Assembly (NCBI GenBank): GCA_051294905.1
Contig: CM119371.1
Coordinates: forward strand, 13,270,001 to 13,334,000
Origin: Botryllus schlosseri
Taxonomy: Eukaryota
Direction: 5' to 3'
Length of the DNA stretch: 64,000 bases
Shown piece by piece: positions 26,401 to 41,400 of the stretch. Within the stretch, counting starts at the first letter, position 1; the number at the start of each line of letters is the position of its first letter. Under the pieces are notes generated by a model. It did no database searches, was not told the origin of the DNA, and saw only the letters and a program-made list of their open reading frames with translations. Both the position numbers and the translations under genes were made by a program.

Positions 26401-29400
26401 TGGAATCTGTTCTATAATGGCACCGATTTCAGGTTGTTCAAACCTTTCTCGTCTTTTACAACCCAAGCCTTGACAGATGACACACATCTTCTGATGATTA
26501 TGTTTAGGTATTAGCGGAATTCACTTACGCATGCACGGTGCACTCACAATCGCACATGTCTGCGGACATTCGATCTTCGATGTCATTCAGGCCAGCGATG
26601 TCGCTGTTTAATTACAATCGCTAACCAACAAACACCTAACGGCATTGTCACCAAACCATCGAAAGATTGGAGCTAACGAATGCTAGGCTCGAGAGATGGG
26701 AGCCAACGCATGCTCGGCTCTAGACGCGATAGTTGGCCAGCGATGATACCTTTTGTACCAGCCCTGTTGCAGATGCGATTGTGTAGGAAAGCGATAATAT
26801 CGTGTGCGCCAATGCAGATGCGATAGTGCAGACAGCGATGTTATTGCTGATGTGATTGTTAATCATGCTCAAGCGAGTGAAACTAGGCCTGTCGGAGACG
26901 CGATAAAGCAGGCAAGCGTCCCAAGCGATGATTGTCGAGCGCACGGCAATCAATGACACAATTTCGCGATCATCTCAGCGGGAGATCGCGTCGCGTTACA
27001 TGGTGCACAGACAAATCTCGGTAATTGGCAACGCGCTTGTAGCTAATTGGCCGCGCGGAACTGGTTACCTCGCTCACATATGCGGTAGCAGGTAATGTCG
27101 TAAACGGAAATACATTGCGATTCGTTCTAAATAACACAATCGGGGTTTATGCCGATTCATGCCAAACCGAATTCTAGGCATGCCGCATGCCTAAAAAAAT
27201 GTCTAGGCATGCCTGGCATGCCTTGCATGCCCAGGTTCGGCGCCTATGCTGTTGATATACACAAAATACACGGACCATACACAAAATTTAAATATGATGT
27301 AAATCGCGCCGGTCGCGAAAATTTTTCAGTTGACCACAGTTTCGCGCCCTCTTCAGATGCTTTCACGCCCCCACAAGAAGGGCGAGCCCCCAGTGAACCA
27401 ATGCCGTATGCCATTTTATAGGTGTCTCGATCTTGGATTGCATATTGCACATCAAGCAATATGCCCAGCCCATTTATTTCAGCTGATTATTCTTCATCGG
27501 TGAAATGCTGTTGCCATCTCCAAAGCCGTTTTAGCTAGTGACGAATAGCGATGTTGGGCACAGGAGAATAGCTTATTTCGAAACAACAACAACAACAACA
27601 CTTGAAACTGCATTCAAAATGGTTTTCTCAGCTTTCTTATGAAATCTCAAATCATGTCGCGGGCCGCAAGATATGACCTCGCGGGCCGCATGAGGCCCGC
27701 ATGTTGGTGACCCCTGTTGTAAATCCTAAATGGTTTAATGTAACAAACAGGTTGACATGGTCTTATATACTCAACAGACCGCAATATCACAACTGAAGCA
27801 GGACTGCGTGGTCCATGGTTCTCCTATCAAGAAACGAATGATTGAAAATTGTGATGAAGACAACATTGTCAGTATGAAGCAACACGGTTTGTCACCAGCA
27901 GTGTACGCACAACTTCAGTGTTGTCAGCCAACAACTACTGCTTACTCCGTTCTTAGTCAGCAACTTAGACTACCAGAGAATGTAGGAAAGTATCTTTCGT
28001 TGTACTACAACAAATTTTAATTGTTTTTACCATAATGCGTGATGCAACTAATGGAATTCTTCGTGGGTCCAGATTTTGTTAGAATAAAGTTATTTCATAT
28101 CAAAATTCGTCAGTTTTTAGGTCAAAAAGTTTTTTAAAGTCAAACTACTCTATAAGTAGAGACACTTCCAATCAGAACTGAAGATAAGTAGAACAACTCT
28201 AACATTATGTGCGAAAACGCCTGACTTACATGCACGAGTGCAAAATTTTGCCAAAATTAAAGTTTTTTTAACGTCAAAATTTTCATTTTTTAGGTCAACA
28301 TCTTCCGTTTTTTCATGTTACTGCCCTAATTACCAAATACAACAGCAGGCTAGAAAGAATGTGATGCTTACCCATCTTGTGGCTTTTGCACATAGGCGGC
28401 TTCTTGTCCCAGTTACCATCTCTTCCGCATGTAGCATATTCGTACTTCTCATTTGAGTAATACATCCCGTAACCATTCTTGCACTTGAATCGTAGACGGT
28501 CTCCATAGTTGTATCGCATCTTGTCCGGGTAGTACATACCGTGCATGATTTTCGGAGGGTAGCAGTAATCTGAAAGAAGTCGGTTTTAACGGAAATATTT
28601 GCGGGAGCTTTTGGATATTTGATTTGTTATTTGGTTTAGTGCAGTGGTTCTCAAACTGGGGGCTCCAAAATTTATCGCCATCATAAAGGGGGGAGTGTCC
28701 AAAAAAGATCGAGAACCACTGGTTCAGACAGACAAGTCCCACAAATCATTCGGATTGGAAACATGCAAAGCTTTAATCGCTTCCATTGACGAGTAAAGCG
28801 GTGGCGTCTTATTGGTTGTCCAATGTTCATATTTGCAAAATACTAGTCTATAAGAAATCGATCTGAGCGATATTCTCTTATGATTATGATGTGTAACGGC
28901 AACAATTGTTGTCACTTTGTTTGGTATCATTGGCCAACAAAAGAAAGCTTTTTTGGGAGTGACAAAGATATTGCGATGGTTTCTAGGTGCGTTTGGGCTG
29001 CTGACTCCGAAAATGGCATCCGTTTCTATGAATTGGCTCTACTTTTTAGGATATCGATATTTTTTATTCATTTTATTTAATCGTCGTGAGTAGAATACTT
29101 GGAATTACGCAGATTTAGAATGTTCTGGGCGATCTGTGCCTCACTCAAAGACAAAAACTGCCCTCGAACTGGAGCTTGAATAACATTTTACCGTACAAGA
29201 GAGAAAGAATTACCTGCGTATTTTAGCCAACAAGATTAACTTTTTTTACTGCAAAGACATCGAAGAGCTTTTACTAAAAATGGACGTATGATTGATTAGC
29301 GTGCTTTGACAGCTCAGTAACTGAGCTTTGAGCGTTACTGACCGTAGTGTTTGAGCTTTGACGGCACGTTTTTTTATTTACAAAAATATGTTGTTTACCG

Positions 29401-32400
29401 CTAATATCGCCTAATTTTTATGATTTTTGCTTGATTTTCGCATGAAACAGGAATCGCCTATAGAAGGCTCTCGTAGTTAGCGATTGCGGCTTCAACGATA
29501 TCGCTTCAGAAATAGAACAATACTGTATGCACACCAGTGTTGGGATGACTCAAGTCTGACACCTTTTTTGTATGACTTGACTTGACTCGAGTCACTTTGC
29601 TAAAATGACTAGACTTGACTTGACTCGGGGTATCAGAAATGTGGATTGACTCGTGACTCAGAGCAAAATTCACGAGTCAATTTCGAGTCATCAAGCAATC
29701 GATGTCGATAAAAATCATTACGTCTTGCATATGTTCGGATTGTATGCGAAATGCTGGTGTAACCCGTGACAGCGACCAATGATTCAATGATCGTGCGTTT
29801 TACTGATCCTCGATTGTTCTTAAACAAATAAATTGAACGCAAACGAAGTGATCGAAGCTTATAGAGCTTAGGTTGTCGTAACTTTAGTGGTAGAGTAATT
29901 TAATAGCAAAATGTTTATTTCTGTTCTCTGTTCTTAACTTAACCAAACCTCTTGTTTTATTGAAATTGAATTCCAATATAGTTTATATAGTCGTCAACCA
30001 TTAGCGCAGGCTGGAAATGTAGCATATCAATTTGTAACTGAGTAATGTCTTGCATCCTATCAATTCGTTTCTCTATTTTGGCAGGTAACTATAATCCGAG
30101 GCTATGCTATTATTTACGTAGTTTAGCATTTCTACGAATATGTGAGCAGTGAGGAGCCTTCTTGCGTTTACATTTAACTCTATATTCGTTCATGAGTCCA
30201 GAATCAATGACCACTCAATCTGTATTTCTGAAAGCTAGCAAAATGCAAAGATGTAAGCATTTGTGACTTGACTCGTGACTTGACTTGACTTGACTCGACT
30301 TGACTCGAGTCACCTCTAAAAATCGAGTGACTAGACTTGACTCGAGTCACCTTCGAAAATTGATTGACTTGACTTGACTCGAGTCAAAATGTGCAATGAC
30401 TCGAAATGACTCGTGACTTGAAGGTAGTGACTTGATCCCAACACTAGGGCTCTTCAAAAATGACTTTTTTTCTCAAATCGTACTGGCTACTTGATAAAAT
30501 TGTTAGGTTACCTAATTTAAGCATACACACAAAACTTGGTTCAATTCCAGCCAGTAACCGCTTTGCTACAGGAGAAGAAAGTTTCTATTTATTATATAAA
30601 AATAAATAATAAAAAATTTGAAAATTTTCTGTTCATCCCTTGAAAGTGTTAGGCTGTCTATAAAAACGACGCTCACCAAATTTGGTTCAATTCCAACCAG
30701 TGGAAGCGGAGTCATTGCCGTCGAAAAATTTGGATTTGGATATAATAGTATTTACGGTGACCGATTCTTTGTTCATTTATTATTGTTATATTGTGCTCAC
30801 CGTAAATACTATTTTATTGAAATCAAAATTTTCGACGGCAATAACTCCGCTTCCACTGGTTGGAATTGAACCAAATTTGGTGAGGATCGTTTCTATAGAC
30901 AGCCTAACACTTTCATGGGGTGAACAGAAAATTTTCAAATTTTTCATTATTTATTTTTATATATTAAATAGAAACTTTCTTCTCCTGTAGCAAAGCGGTT
31001 ACTGGCTGGAATTGAACCAAATTTAGTGTCTAGGCTTAAATTAGGTAACCTAACAATTTTATCAAGTAGCCAGTACGATTTGAGAAAAAAAGTCATTTTT
31101 GAAGAGCCCTACCCAACACTGATGCACACACCTGAAGAGACAGAGGTGAACTCGCGGAAGTTGTAGTACATAAAGTGAAATTTACCTACGCCAAAATTTG
31201 CATATTTTGAGCGCTTTTTCAAGCAAAGAATAGGTATATTCGAAAAAACTATTGTCATTTTCGGATTCAGCAACATAAGAATGCCCTAAAACCGTAGTAT
31301 ACAAAGATTCATAGTACAAAAAGAGCATCTTACCTGCGTCACAATTTTCGTATTTATAGCACTTCTCGAACCAAAAATATATAATATTTAAAAAAAATCG
31401 ATCCAATTCAGAAAAACTAATGTCATTTCTGGATTCAGCGACCTAAAAATGCCCTAAAACCATCGAAACTTTCTTGGCACCAAAATGTGTGTTGACCAGT
31501 GATTCAATAGAAAAATGTGTTGGGCATCTGCTAACATGCAGTTTGGCTTATGGCCCCGATTCAAACACTTTTCACAGAGAAAATAAAAATCTTACTTTTG
31601 TACATAGACTTGCACATGGGCGGCGAGTGATTCCACATTCCATTTTTACACATGGCATATTCATACGCCTCCATGTCGTAATGCTTTTCGTAACCTTCTT
31701 CGCAGTCATAGTAGACTTTGTCGCCGTCCATATACGAGCTTTTGTTCGGCCTTCGTTTGCCATGCATGACGTCATGTCCCATACAACCAGCTGAATAGAT
31801 TTCATGCTGCATTAACTTTGGAATGCGGGAATGTATAAAACTGTGCAAGCCTACTTCAATGAGCAGACCTAGCTTCAGTAGCAGGACTGTAACCAAGTCA
31901 CAAGTCGATCTCACTTTTATAGTTTTGACTCGAGTCAAGTCGAGTCATTTTCAATTCACCATCGAGCCAAGTCCGAGTCCAAGTCAGCGAGCAGTGGGTC
32001 GAGTCCAAGTCATTTTGTTGACTGCTCACAGTTTCCAGTTAAAGTCTTGTTAAACCCACTTGTAATAACTCTGTTTGGTGATATCGGATGCTTCGCATTT
32101 ATAATATACCTATTTTCATTACTTTTAGCAGTTTCTGGTCGCATTTTCAAGTACCGGGTACCAATAGACAAAATCCCATTAGTGTGGTTACTTTATTATT
32201 CTTCGAAATTACAACGAAATGTCGGTCTTGGCCGTCTGATTCTCGAGCCATGCGCAATGACTCGAGTCCAAGTCGAGTCAATGCACAGATTGACTCGAGT
32301 CGACTCATTTCCGTATTTCAAGAAAATGGCTCGAGTCAAGTCGAGTCATCAAAAAATTGTGACTCGAGTCATTACAACCATGTTCAGTAGCCTACAGATA

Positions 32401-35400
32401 ACATTAGGTTATTTTATAATTTATGATGATTAAGCTGTACAAAGCACTGTGCATGTCTATAGTGCTTGACTAAGTTAGACTGCAGAAGTACTCATTGACT
32501 CTCTCGTCACAGGTTTGAATTTGTGACGCCATTTTGTTTGTTAAATCAAACTACTGAAAATGCAAATAATTTCATCGCTAAGGCGTAATATATTTTCTGG
32601 CTATAGGCCTATGTATGATAACTATAATCTATATTTTTAAATCACTGCGGAATAGGGTTATTATAGAGCAGGGTTGTAATGATTTTTGATGACTTGACTT
32701 GTGTCATTTTTCCAAATCCATATAATGACTCGACTGGAGTCAATTTTTGTATTGACTGGACTTGTACTCACGTGATTTTGCATGACTTGAACCAAGTCAT
32801 ATGACTCGAGACTGTAGGACGGCCACGACTGACATTTCATTGTAACTTCGAAGAATAGTAAAGTTACCACGTTATTCGTATTTAGTCCATCAGTCCTGAT
32901 ACTTGGAAAATAGGCCAAGAAACTGTCAAGACTGACCAGTGAACAGAATGACTTGGACTCGACCCTCTACTAGCTGACTGGGACTCGGTGGTGAATTGAA
33001 AATGACTCAGGAGTCAAAACTATAAAAGTGAAATCGACTTGTGACTTGATACTTGGATGAAAGCCTGGCATAAAGTCCTATCAAATTGCTCAAATACGAA
33101 TGCAGCTGCATCAAAACTTGATTTTAGCAACGATATAAAAGCCTTACATCCGCTAGAGTGTTTCATGCTCTTGCACTTGGGAGGATCGAAGTCCCATTTA
33201 CCATCTTTGCCACACGTTCGATATTCATACCAGTCAGTTTCGAAAAACAGCCCGTATCCCTCTTTGCATCGGTGGTACATTCTATCTCCTTTCATATACA
33301 TTTTCATGTCAGGGAAATGATAGCCATGTTCGACCATGCTGGGCATGCAATACTCTGAAACATAGTGGGGATTTAACCTTGTTAGCATTGGAACATAGGG
33401 AATAGTTTCTTATGTCTTGGCAGATATTGCATTGTAGACTCACTCATATTCATAGGTCTGCATTTAGGTGCTTCGAAGTCCCAGTTTCCATCGTTCTTGC
33501 ACGTGGCGTATTCAAACCAGTCTTTGTCGAAGAACAGCGTGTGTCCGCCCTTGCATTTGAAAGATATGCGTTCTCCCTTTTGATACTTCTTTTTCATGGG
33601 CATGACCATTCCATCAAAGTCTGGTTTCTTGCACGTCACTGTTAGACATTGAAATTGAATGTGGTTATTTTTATTATTGGCAGGTATCATTGCGATTGCG
33701 AAAGAGTATATTTGAAAAACCAATATGTGTCGCGGTTTTAATCAAGCTGAACTGATGTAGCCTACCAATTTCACGAGTCAGGCATTGGTTACCCACAGAA
33801 TAATTTAACCTGTCAATGTATTTACAGTACTATCCTCGGAGTGTATCCTGGATCTAGAAGAACTCAAAAGCCCCTAAAATGATGCATTTCGAACATTATG
33901 ACGGCAAGAAGGTTGTTTGGGTCACGTCTGGTGTCTGGGAATTATTGCAGAATAGTGTCGTAATTATCAATCCTGGTGAGCTTATAGAAATTAAATGTTA
34001 GTGTGTTGTCCTAAAATGTTGCAATTCATTGAAAATATATCAAAACAAGGTATAGAAAGAAACACAGGAAGTACAGAACCTCATAATACGGTTGAATAAC
34101 ACTATGTCTATTCATATTTATCATTAACGCTTTTCTTCGAGCTGGGGCTCATCAGGTGTGATTTTAAATTATAACAAGGGCGTTCAAAAATTTTGTTTCA
34201 AAACAATCGATATCGCAAATTATGATGTCATGCACCGTAAAATTTAAAATTCGAAATATTTATGATGCAGACCCCAATAAAATAAACTTAATCAGTGTTG
34301 CCTATATGATTCACATTCCACATTTTGTTAGTTATTAAAATATAATTATAAATGTTAATAAAACATATATTGTAAATAATAGCTGCTATGAGATTGTTGT
34401 GGTCCAGCTAAAAATATCCATCTCCACAAAATTTAAACTAACGCTAAACAATTGCCCACATTGCAGCAGGGAATGTCTGACTCGAAATTTGTAAATGATT
34501 GTCCAGTATTCACACAAAACAAAGGTACAAGAACGTGTAGCCTACTTCGCTTTAACTACGAAAGTTGGTAATTAGCCTACCCGTAAATCAGTTGTAGACT
34601 ATATACATCCAATATAGTAGGCCTACATCTTCCAAGCAGAAATGTGGCGTACCTTGTTTCATTATACACCTTGGTGGCATAAAGTCCCACATCCCGTTGT
34701 CCATGCAGGTCGCATATTCATACCATGGCCCGTCGTAAAACAACATATATCCTTCTTTGCATTTGTAGGACACCTTGTCTCCGTTATAGTAATGTTTCTT
34801 GTAAGGTTCTGGCATCCCGTGATCGATCATTGGTTTTTCACAATACTCTGAAGGAATTGTGATACTGTTTAATATCTCATACCGATGCAATTTTGTGTCT
34901 TTCCGCTTTACTCGTGTTAGAGCAGGGGTTCTCAACCTGGGGGGCGCGCCCCCCTTGGGGGGCGCGGGACGCTCTCAGGGGGGGCGCGAGAAATTGACGA
35001 AGTCAGTATAGGGGGGGGGCGCGAGAAATTGACAAAGTCAGTATAAATTGTACGTGTCTGAACATGTGTTCCACATCCATTATGAGAAGACGATTAATGA
35101 AGATGAAATTTATTCCATATTCAAGAAAGCTTGCAAAATACAAACTCTAGCAACAGCGCTCAACGGAGTATAGTCTGATTTCAACTTCATTTGAGCAAAT
35201 TTTTAAAATTCTTTGGAGATATAGAGAGCAATTCCCACGTGTAAGTCATTCATTGCTTCATAGCTTTGACAGTAGCCTAAAGCTTGTCGCGCTGGGCAGC
35301 TCTTGTTAGTAGCTTGCGAACTGCACTGCCTAAGACAGACTTAGATGCAACATAGGTTGCCCGGTTTCGCCCTCAATTAGGCTATAAATCAACACAATTA

Positions 35401-38400
35401 ATTCATTTCGAAAACTGATCAAATTTAGCCTGGCAGGACAGAACGACGCCTTGCTCTCTGTACTCACTACCAGCATCAGGATTAGTCTTAGGGTGACCTA
35501 CATTGACATTAATTAATGGATGTCTTGTTCAATGTTTTTTTGTTATTTTCAAACAAGTTTGAAGAAATTTGTCAGCAATGTAAAAGACTCAACAACTGGA
35601 ATGCAGATTCAAAATTGGCGTAAGATATACCTTATGTATACTATTAGATCAGGGGTGGGCAGCCTGCAGCCGTAGAAGGAAATTTGAGCGGCCGTCGACG
35701 TCTAATTCAATTAGTATGTGTTGGCGGCCGTAGACATGCAAATTGCAATTACGAATTCACTCCCGCATTTTCGAGAGATTTTAATGAATCTTGAAATTTT
35801 CTTAGCCCTCCGCGCAATTCAACAAGACTTCATTTTTCGATTTTAATGCAGTAGCGCCCTTCTTAATCTGAGCCGGAATGGGAATTGGCAAGAAATAGCA
35901 ATTCGTTCGCGGCATTGAAAAATTTTCGCGCTTCGCGCGACAATATGCACCTCTCGGCTACTATTCATAACTTTGCCACTCGCGATTTCGGTGCGTACAA
36001 TAGGCCATTGTGAAAAGTAGAATAATCCGGAGTTCACCGGGAATGGATATGGACAGTTTACCGTAGGAATTTTGCGTCCAGATCGTTCATTGCGGCTATG
36101 CCCTGGAATGCGGCCTTACGCTACATAAGCAATCGAAATGCGGTCATGATTATCAAAAACGTTGCCCACCTCTGTATTAGATGATGTGCTCTTTTTGACA
36201 TGACGATAAATGCAAGGGGGGTCAGGGGGGCGCGAGTTTTTTGACCATCTCCAAAGGGGGCGCGTGTCAAAAAAGGTTGAGAACCACTGTGTTAGAGAAT
36301 CTCAGACACTAAAAAATTTCCACTCACTCATGCACTTGTACGGAGATTTGTCCCATTTTCCATCTTCCTTACACATGGCCTTTTCATAGTCGTACTTGGC
36401 GTGTTTGCGATATCCGTCCATGCACATGAACTTGATGTATTCACCTTTTTTGTACATTTTCTTGGCGTACGCCATGTGATTGTAATCCATGTGTTTCGGA
36501 GCCATACATTTCTCTGTAATGGAAGTAATCACGCTATATATCCTATGATTGCAGACAGTAACAATCAAAGCCAGAACCAGAATATGTTTGTACCAGATGT
36601 TCTCTAATATCAATTCATTATCAAGTTACAAATCTCTCCACAATATCCAATTTGTGTGAGCCCAGCTATTTGGGTTCTCAAATACAATGCACTGTTTCTT
36701 AGTTTTATGGTTGAAGGAAGAGCTTCTTGGAGGTAAAGAACTTCATGTTCAATTGAATAGTATATTCATATTGAAATGACCCGCATATTTTCGGTTGGCA
36801 CTCACCAGGGGTAATCGTCAGCAACCAGTGAAGAATTAGAAAGACCATCGTATTTCAATCAACAATCGTAGCACAGAATATGATGCCCCGTTGATGATAT
36901 ACAATGTTCTTCCCAACTCTCTAATCTCTACTAGCTGCTGACGATTACCGCTGACGAGTGTCAGCCGAAAATACTCGGGTTCATTTCAGTATGAATATAC
37001 TATTCAGTTCTATAGTCACACCATCAATACAAAACGATAGACATAAAAGAATACGCACACCCACACTGTAGCTTACAGATATTGTCCGTTTAAACTCACT
37101 TTCACTTTCACATTTATACGGCATGTTATCCCAATTGCCGTCCTTCATACAAGTTGCCCACACGTAGCCATATCGTTCTGGCTTCTTGTAGCCGTCCTTA
37201 CAGTAGTAATAGATCTTGTCACCGTGCATGTACATTTTCTTAGCGTAAGACTTGTGATAATACATCATGTGATCCGGAGCACTGCAGTGTTCTAAAACGA
37301 TTACGTTGAAAATGTGTATTATTCAGTTGTCTTGGCTTCACGATTAGCAATTCCTCACTTTTATCCAAAATGATTTTCGAACATTGCAACAGCCACTAGA
37401 GTCAACATAAAAAATGTAGGGAGTAGGCATTGTATGGGATTTTGCTACTAGGTTTGCTGTCACAAGCCATGAGCTATTTATTGAACCCAACGGCGGTATT
37501 CAATCTGTTGGGTTGCCGCCCCCTGTCATACGAATATAGTAAATATGGTCGTGTTCTATTTCATCATTAGTCATTACATTTTATTAAACAAACACGGACA
37601 AGCAATTTGTCTCTTTCAGTGCACCCAATAACCTGGGATGTCTGGCAGTAGCCATAATCGCCTAATTCTGCAACATAAAACTTTTTGTGTACAACCTACG
37701 AAAGCTTTATTGCACGTCAATCTGCTCATGCTTAACATGTTTGTGACCTAATATTGGCTATGCCCAATACATTATCAGTTTTTGTGAAAAACACACCAAA
37801 AATCATTGGACTGCTAATCTTAATTATGATGTGCCTGCATCCTGCTCGCATATTGTACATAGCATACAGTGTACATAGCCGAATGGAAGTTAAGATGAGA
37901 AATTTTGGAACATTTCAAGGTCGTCAGAAGAGACATTCCGAGCATAGATTTTGAACAACATACTACAGGATTTCCTGGACTTTAAAACCCTTGCTCAAAT
38001 GTCTCAACTTACGAACGGGTAAGGGTAACATGAGACACATTGTGTTCATGATGAGTGACCAAGCCATTCTTGTTCATTACAACGAAAATTCATCACAAAT
38101 GCGGAGTCAACTGAGTCAAATAATTAATCATGAAATGATTCACTTTTAAAATGATTTTGCACAACATATATGGTTGTAAATGCCATTGAAAGCCAATTGC
38201 AAATGTGTCTGTTCCCCACCAGAAACGCTTGAACTTCCCACAATCGGAAAATTCCCTATTGGTTGGGAACCACTGTGCTGGTAGTTTTCGCTGAACAAAA
38301 TCCTATATGCATAGGCTGCCAAGTTGGGCGCCACTTCATCGTGTTTTTGGAATGATTCTAGGCATGAACTGTAAACATGAATCAATGATCAGTTGCTCAC

Positions 38401-41400
38401 CCGTCACTGGGGATATTGAGTGAACTTTGTCATAAATAATATGTCGGTACTGACAGAAAGAGGGTCGACCATAGCGATGTACATTGCTAAGCGCAATGCC
38501 ACTGATTCTAAGTAAAAGGACAATGCTTACTTTTGCACATGGGAGCTTTCCTATCCCACATTCCATTGTCTCCGCACATCATGTGGTCATATTTTTCTCC
38601 TTCGTAGTATTTATAGTACTTATCGGGACACATAAAGGTGATTTTCTCGCCGTAATAGTATTGTTCCTTCATCGGTTCGTATTTGCCGTAATCCATTTTC
38701 ATCATCTTGCAGTAATCTGATAAATTATCATAAATGATACTAGAGTACAACGAAACCACGTGCGAACGTATTCAGTGACTGGTGCGAACTCCTTACCGTA
38801 GCATTTCGACGCCTGCTTCCACTTTCCGTCCATTTGACATGTAGAATAAATGTGCTTTCCTCTATTTCCGGGACAGCCATAGTAGACTTTGTCATCATAT
38901 TTGTATCCGGCCTTGTCCGGGTAGAATTTACCGCCAAAGAACGTCCGCGGGTGCGCGCACGGCTCTTAAATACGTACATAAGTATTACGGCTTTGGCCAG
39001 TTGTCTCCAGTATTGAGATTTTTGCGGCAGTAAAGGGATGAAGTCGTCTTTGAGTCTTAAGTAATTTCCAGTCTTGTCTATAATCTTCAAATGCATATAT
39101 ATATAGGCTAAATGAAGGGTGGACAAACTACTGTTCGGGTGCCACATGCAGCCCGTTAAATGTTCAACTGGACCACCGGAATTCTAAACTTAAATGAATA
39201 AATCGTTACTGAATCAATGGAAATCTCACAACATATTGTCTTTCTATACTTCCAATCGCCCGGACAACATTATGTAGCCTACGATGAGATTGCTCGATAA
39301 GAATCCATTGCAACAGCAGCTGCGACCGAGCAATTGTATTCGGTTATTAATTTTCTTGAGGTTTTGTAGCAATCAGAATATTACACGCCCATACAAGGTT
39401 TAAATAGAATATATAATTCAACTTCACGAGGAGTGAGCTCACACAGCACAATAACTACTTGAGCATTGATCATGATCACGGTAGCGCAGATTGAGATCAA
39501 CGCCACTGCCACATCGTTTTAGAAAACAAAGTGAGTCAGCTTGACAATGCGATGATATCCCATAAAATACCAAAATAAAAGTACTTCCAAATAAAATGCT
39601 ACTAGATTTTTCAGAAAAAAAAACGCTCATTCAATCCCTGTGATTTTCAATCTTCTATAAGACTCATCTCAAAGTCAGATATTATGTTGTAATTAGTCTC
39701 CATAGCGAAATCTGCATATTTTCAACTCCAAGAGGTGAGATTACAAAGCACACATCCAAGTGGTCTCGCCACAAATCAAATGTTATTCACACCCTCTCCC
39801 TACTGAAATCTCGGTATGTTTTTCCTGATAAAACAGGTGAGCAGCGGTGATTATCCAACTTAAAGCAATATTAAAAAAATAAAACATAGTGTGAGCACAG
39901 AACAAAGATTCCATACAGGTTTACACCCAACCCATTGTGACCCACGAATCAAAGTCGGCCTGCCGAGCATACCTGGGCTAGCTCACGCCGACCTAATCTA
40001 GCTTGATACGCTGCTATTTCTACTGCTAGAACGATATACACTTTCAACGTACTTAGTTGTAGTAATAACTGTTAAGCTAATGCCAGTGCCTGCCTGGCTG
40101 GCACCTGACACTGGCAGTATATAGAATGTAGTCAGACGGTAGCTTATGACGTTGGCTACTATAAGCGCTGTGGTGACGCGATGCTTGTGGTCGGAACAAC
40201 AACCTACGAAGATATGCGGATATTACATTTCAAGTTTTTTTGCCAACTGAATGCAAAGATTTTTTGCCGGCACTGTAAATAACAGTTTATCTGATAACTT
40301 TGATATTGCCTTTGGCTACCGCCAAGAACAACATGTCATGCTAGACTGGTCATTGGTTACTGGGCCGGAAACTTAAAAACATTTTGAGGTCATAGGTGAA
40401 TATCAAACAATCAGTTTTATTTATATTTTCATCGTTTCAAAACACCATAGAACCGCGATACAATGAAAAGATAGGAACGTGCCGAAACAACTTGCAGTAG
40501 TCTTTAAGATCAGACACCGACCTTGGCCAAGGGGAGGTAAAGAAGAGGCATGCACACCGACTGAATGATAACATACAAAAGCTAAAATGTATTTTTAGTG
40601 CGAACTAGTACTGGTCAACATATCTTGTTTGTCTCAGACCAGTACAAATTTCTGTTCTTTTCCTCCATTTATCCTAACACGTGCTCTTTCATTTACCCTG
40701 TCAGTCTTACAATTCACTGTTGCAGTACGATGTATGCAATTTATAGCCAATATACTTCGATCCGCTGCAGTAGACTCGATGATCAACAGATCACTTCGCT
40801 GCAGCTTCATCTTGCAATCATAAAACATATTGGCCAATTCTATGAACTGTATATCGTATTCGTACACATCTCATTTGCTTTGAAATTGACACTGTCACCA
40901 TTTTTTTGTATGTGTCCGTGATACTGAAGTCTATGCTATTTACTTTATTTTATTTTTACTGTTTTGTTATCTTGCGATGAGAGAGAGAGAGAGAGAGTCT
41001 TTATTTTCATCGAACCAAAATACATAACAAACGGCAGTGATGGTGGTACAGAAAATATGCGTGCACAGTATTCGGTATTAGATAGGAATGATCGATAAGA
41101 CCGTGAAGGTCATCTAGTCTGATCACACCAGCATCAAACAGGTACACTTGACTCAGAACAGTCTGGCTGTAAAAAATTGTTTAGTTAGGAAAGGAAAATA
41201 GAAAAAAATTAAACAATGGTAGCAAATGATCAATGAAGCAATGTCTGGGCGAGGTAGGGCAACAGTTAGTGTAACGACAAGAGGTGATCAAGTAGGGCTT
41301 TTTTGAATCTATTATAAGGCAATTCACGGATTGATGAATAAAATATTCTCTCTCTCTCTCTCTCTCATAAGACGCAAGCGACAAAATAAGGTGGCATGTA

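Noticed and set aside
29570..30430. CRISPR-like appearance of the short palindromic gactcgagtc/gactt arrays
   Set aside because: Eukaryotic context, no constant repeat-spacer period and no cas genes; these are MITE subterminal repeats.
39439..39630. Signal-peptide-like ORF as an alternative start for gene A
   Set aside because: No phase-1 donor in this frame; the nearby alternative would create TAG on joining CCP2. The exon at 47486-47540 fits better.
40634..40867. ORFs with faint resemblance to tunicate C-type lectin N-termini (also 8094-8303)
   Set aside because: No WIGL-like motif or conserved Cys pattern, in-frame stops nearby, and no convincing splice pair; similarity judged by eye only.
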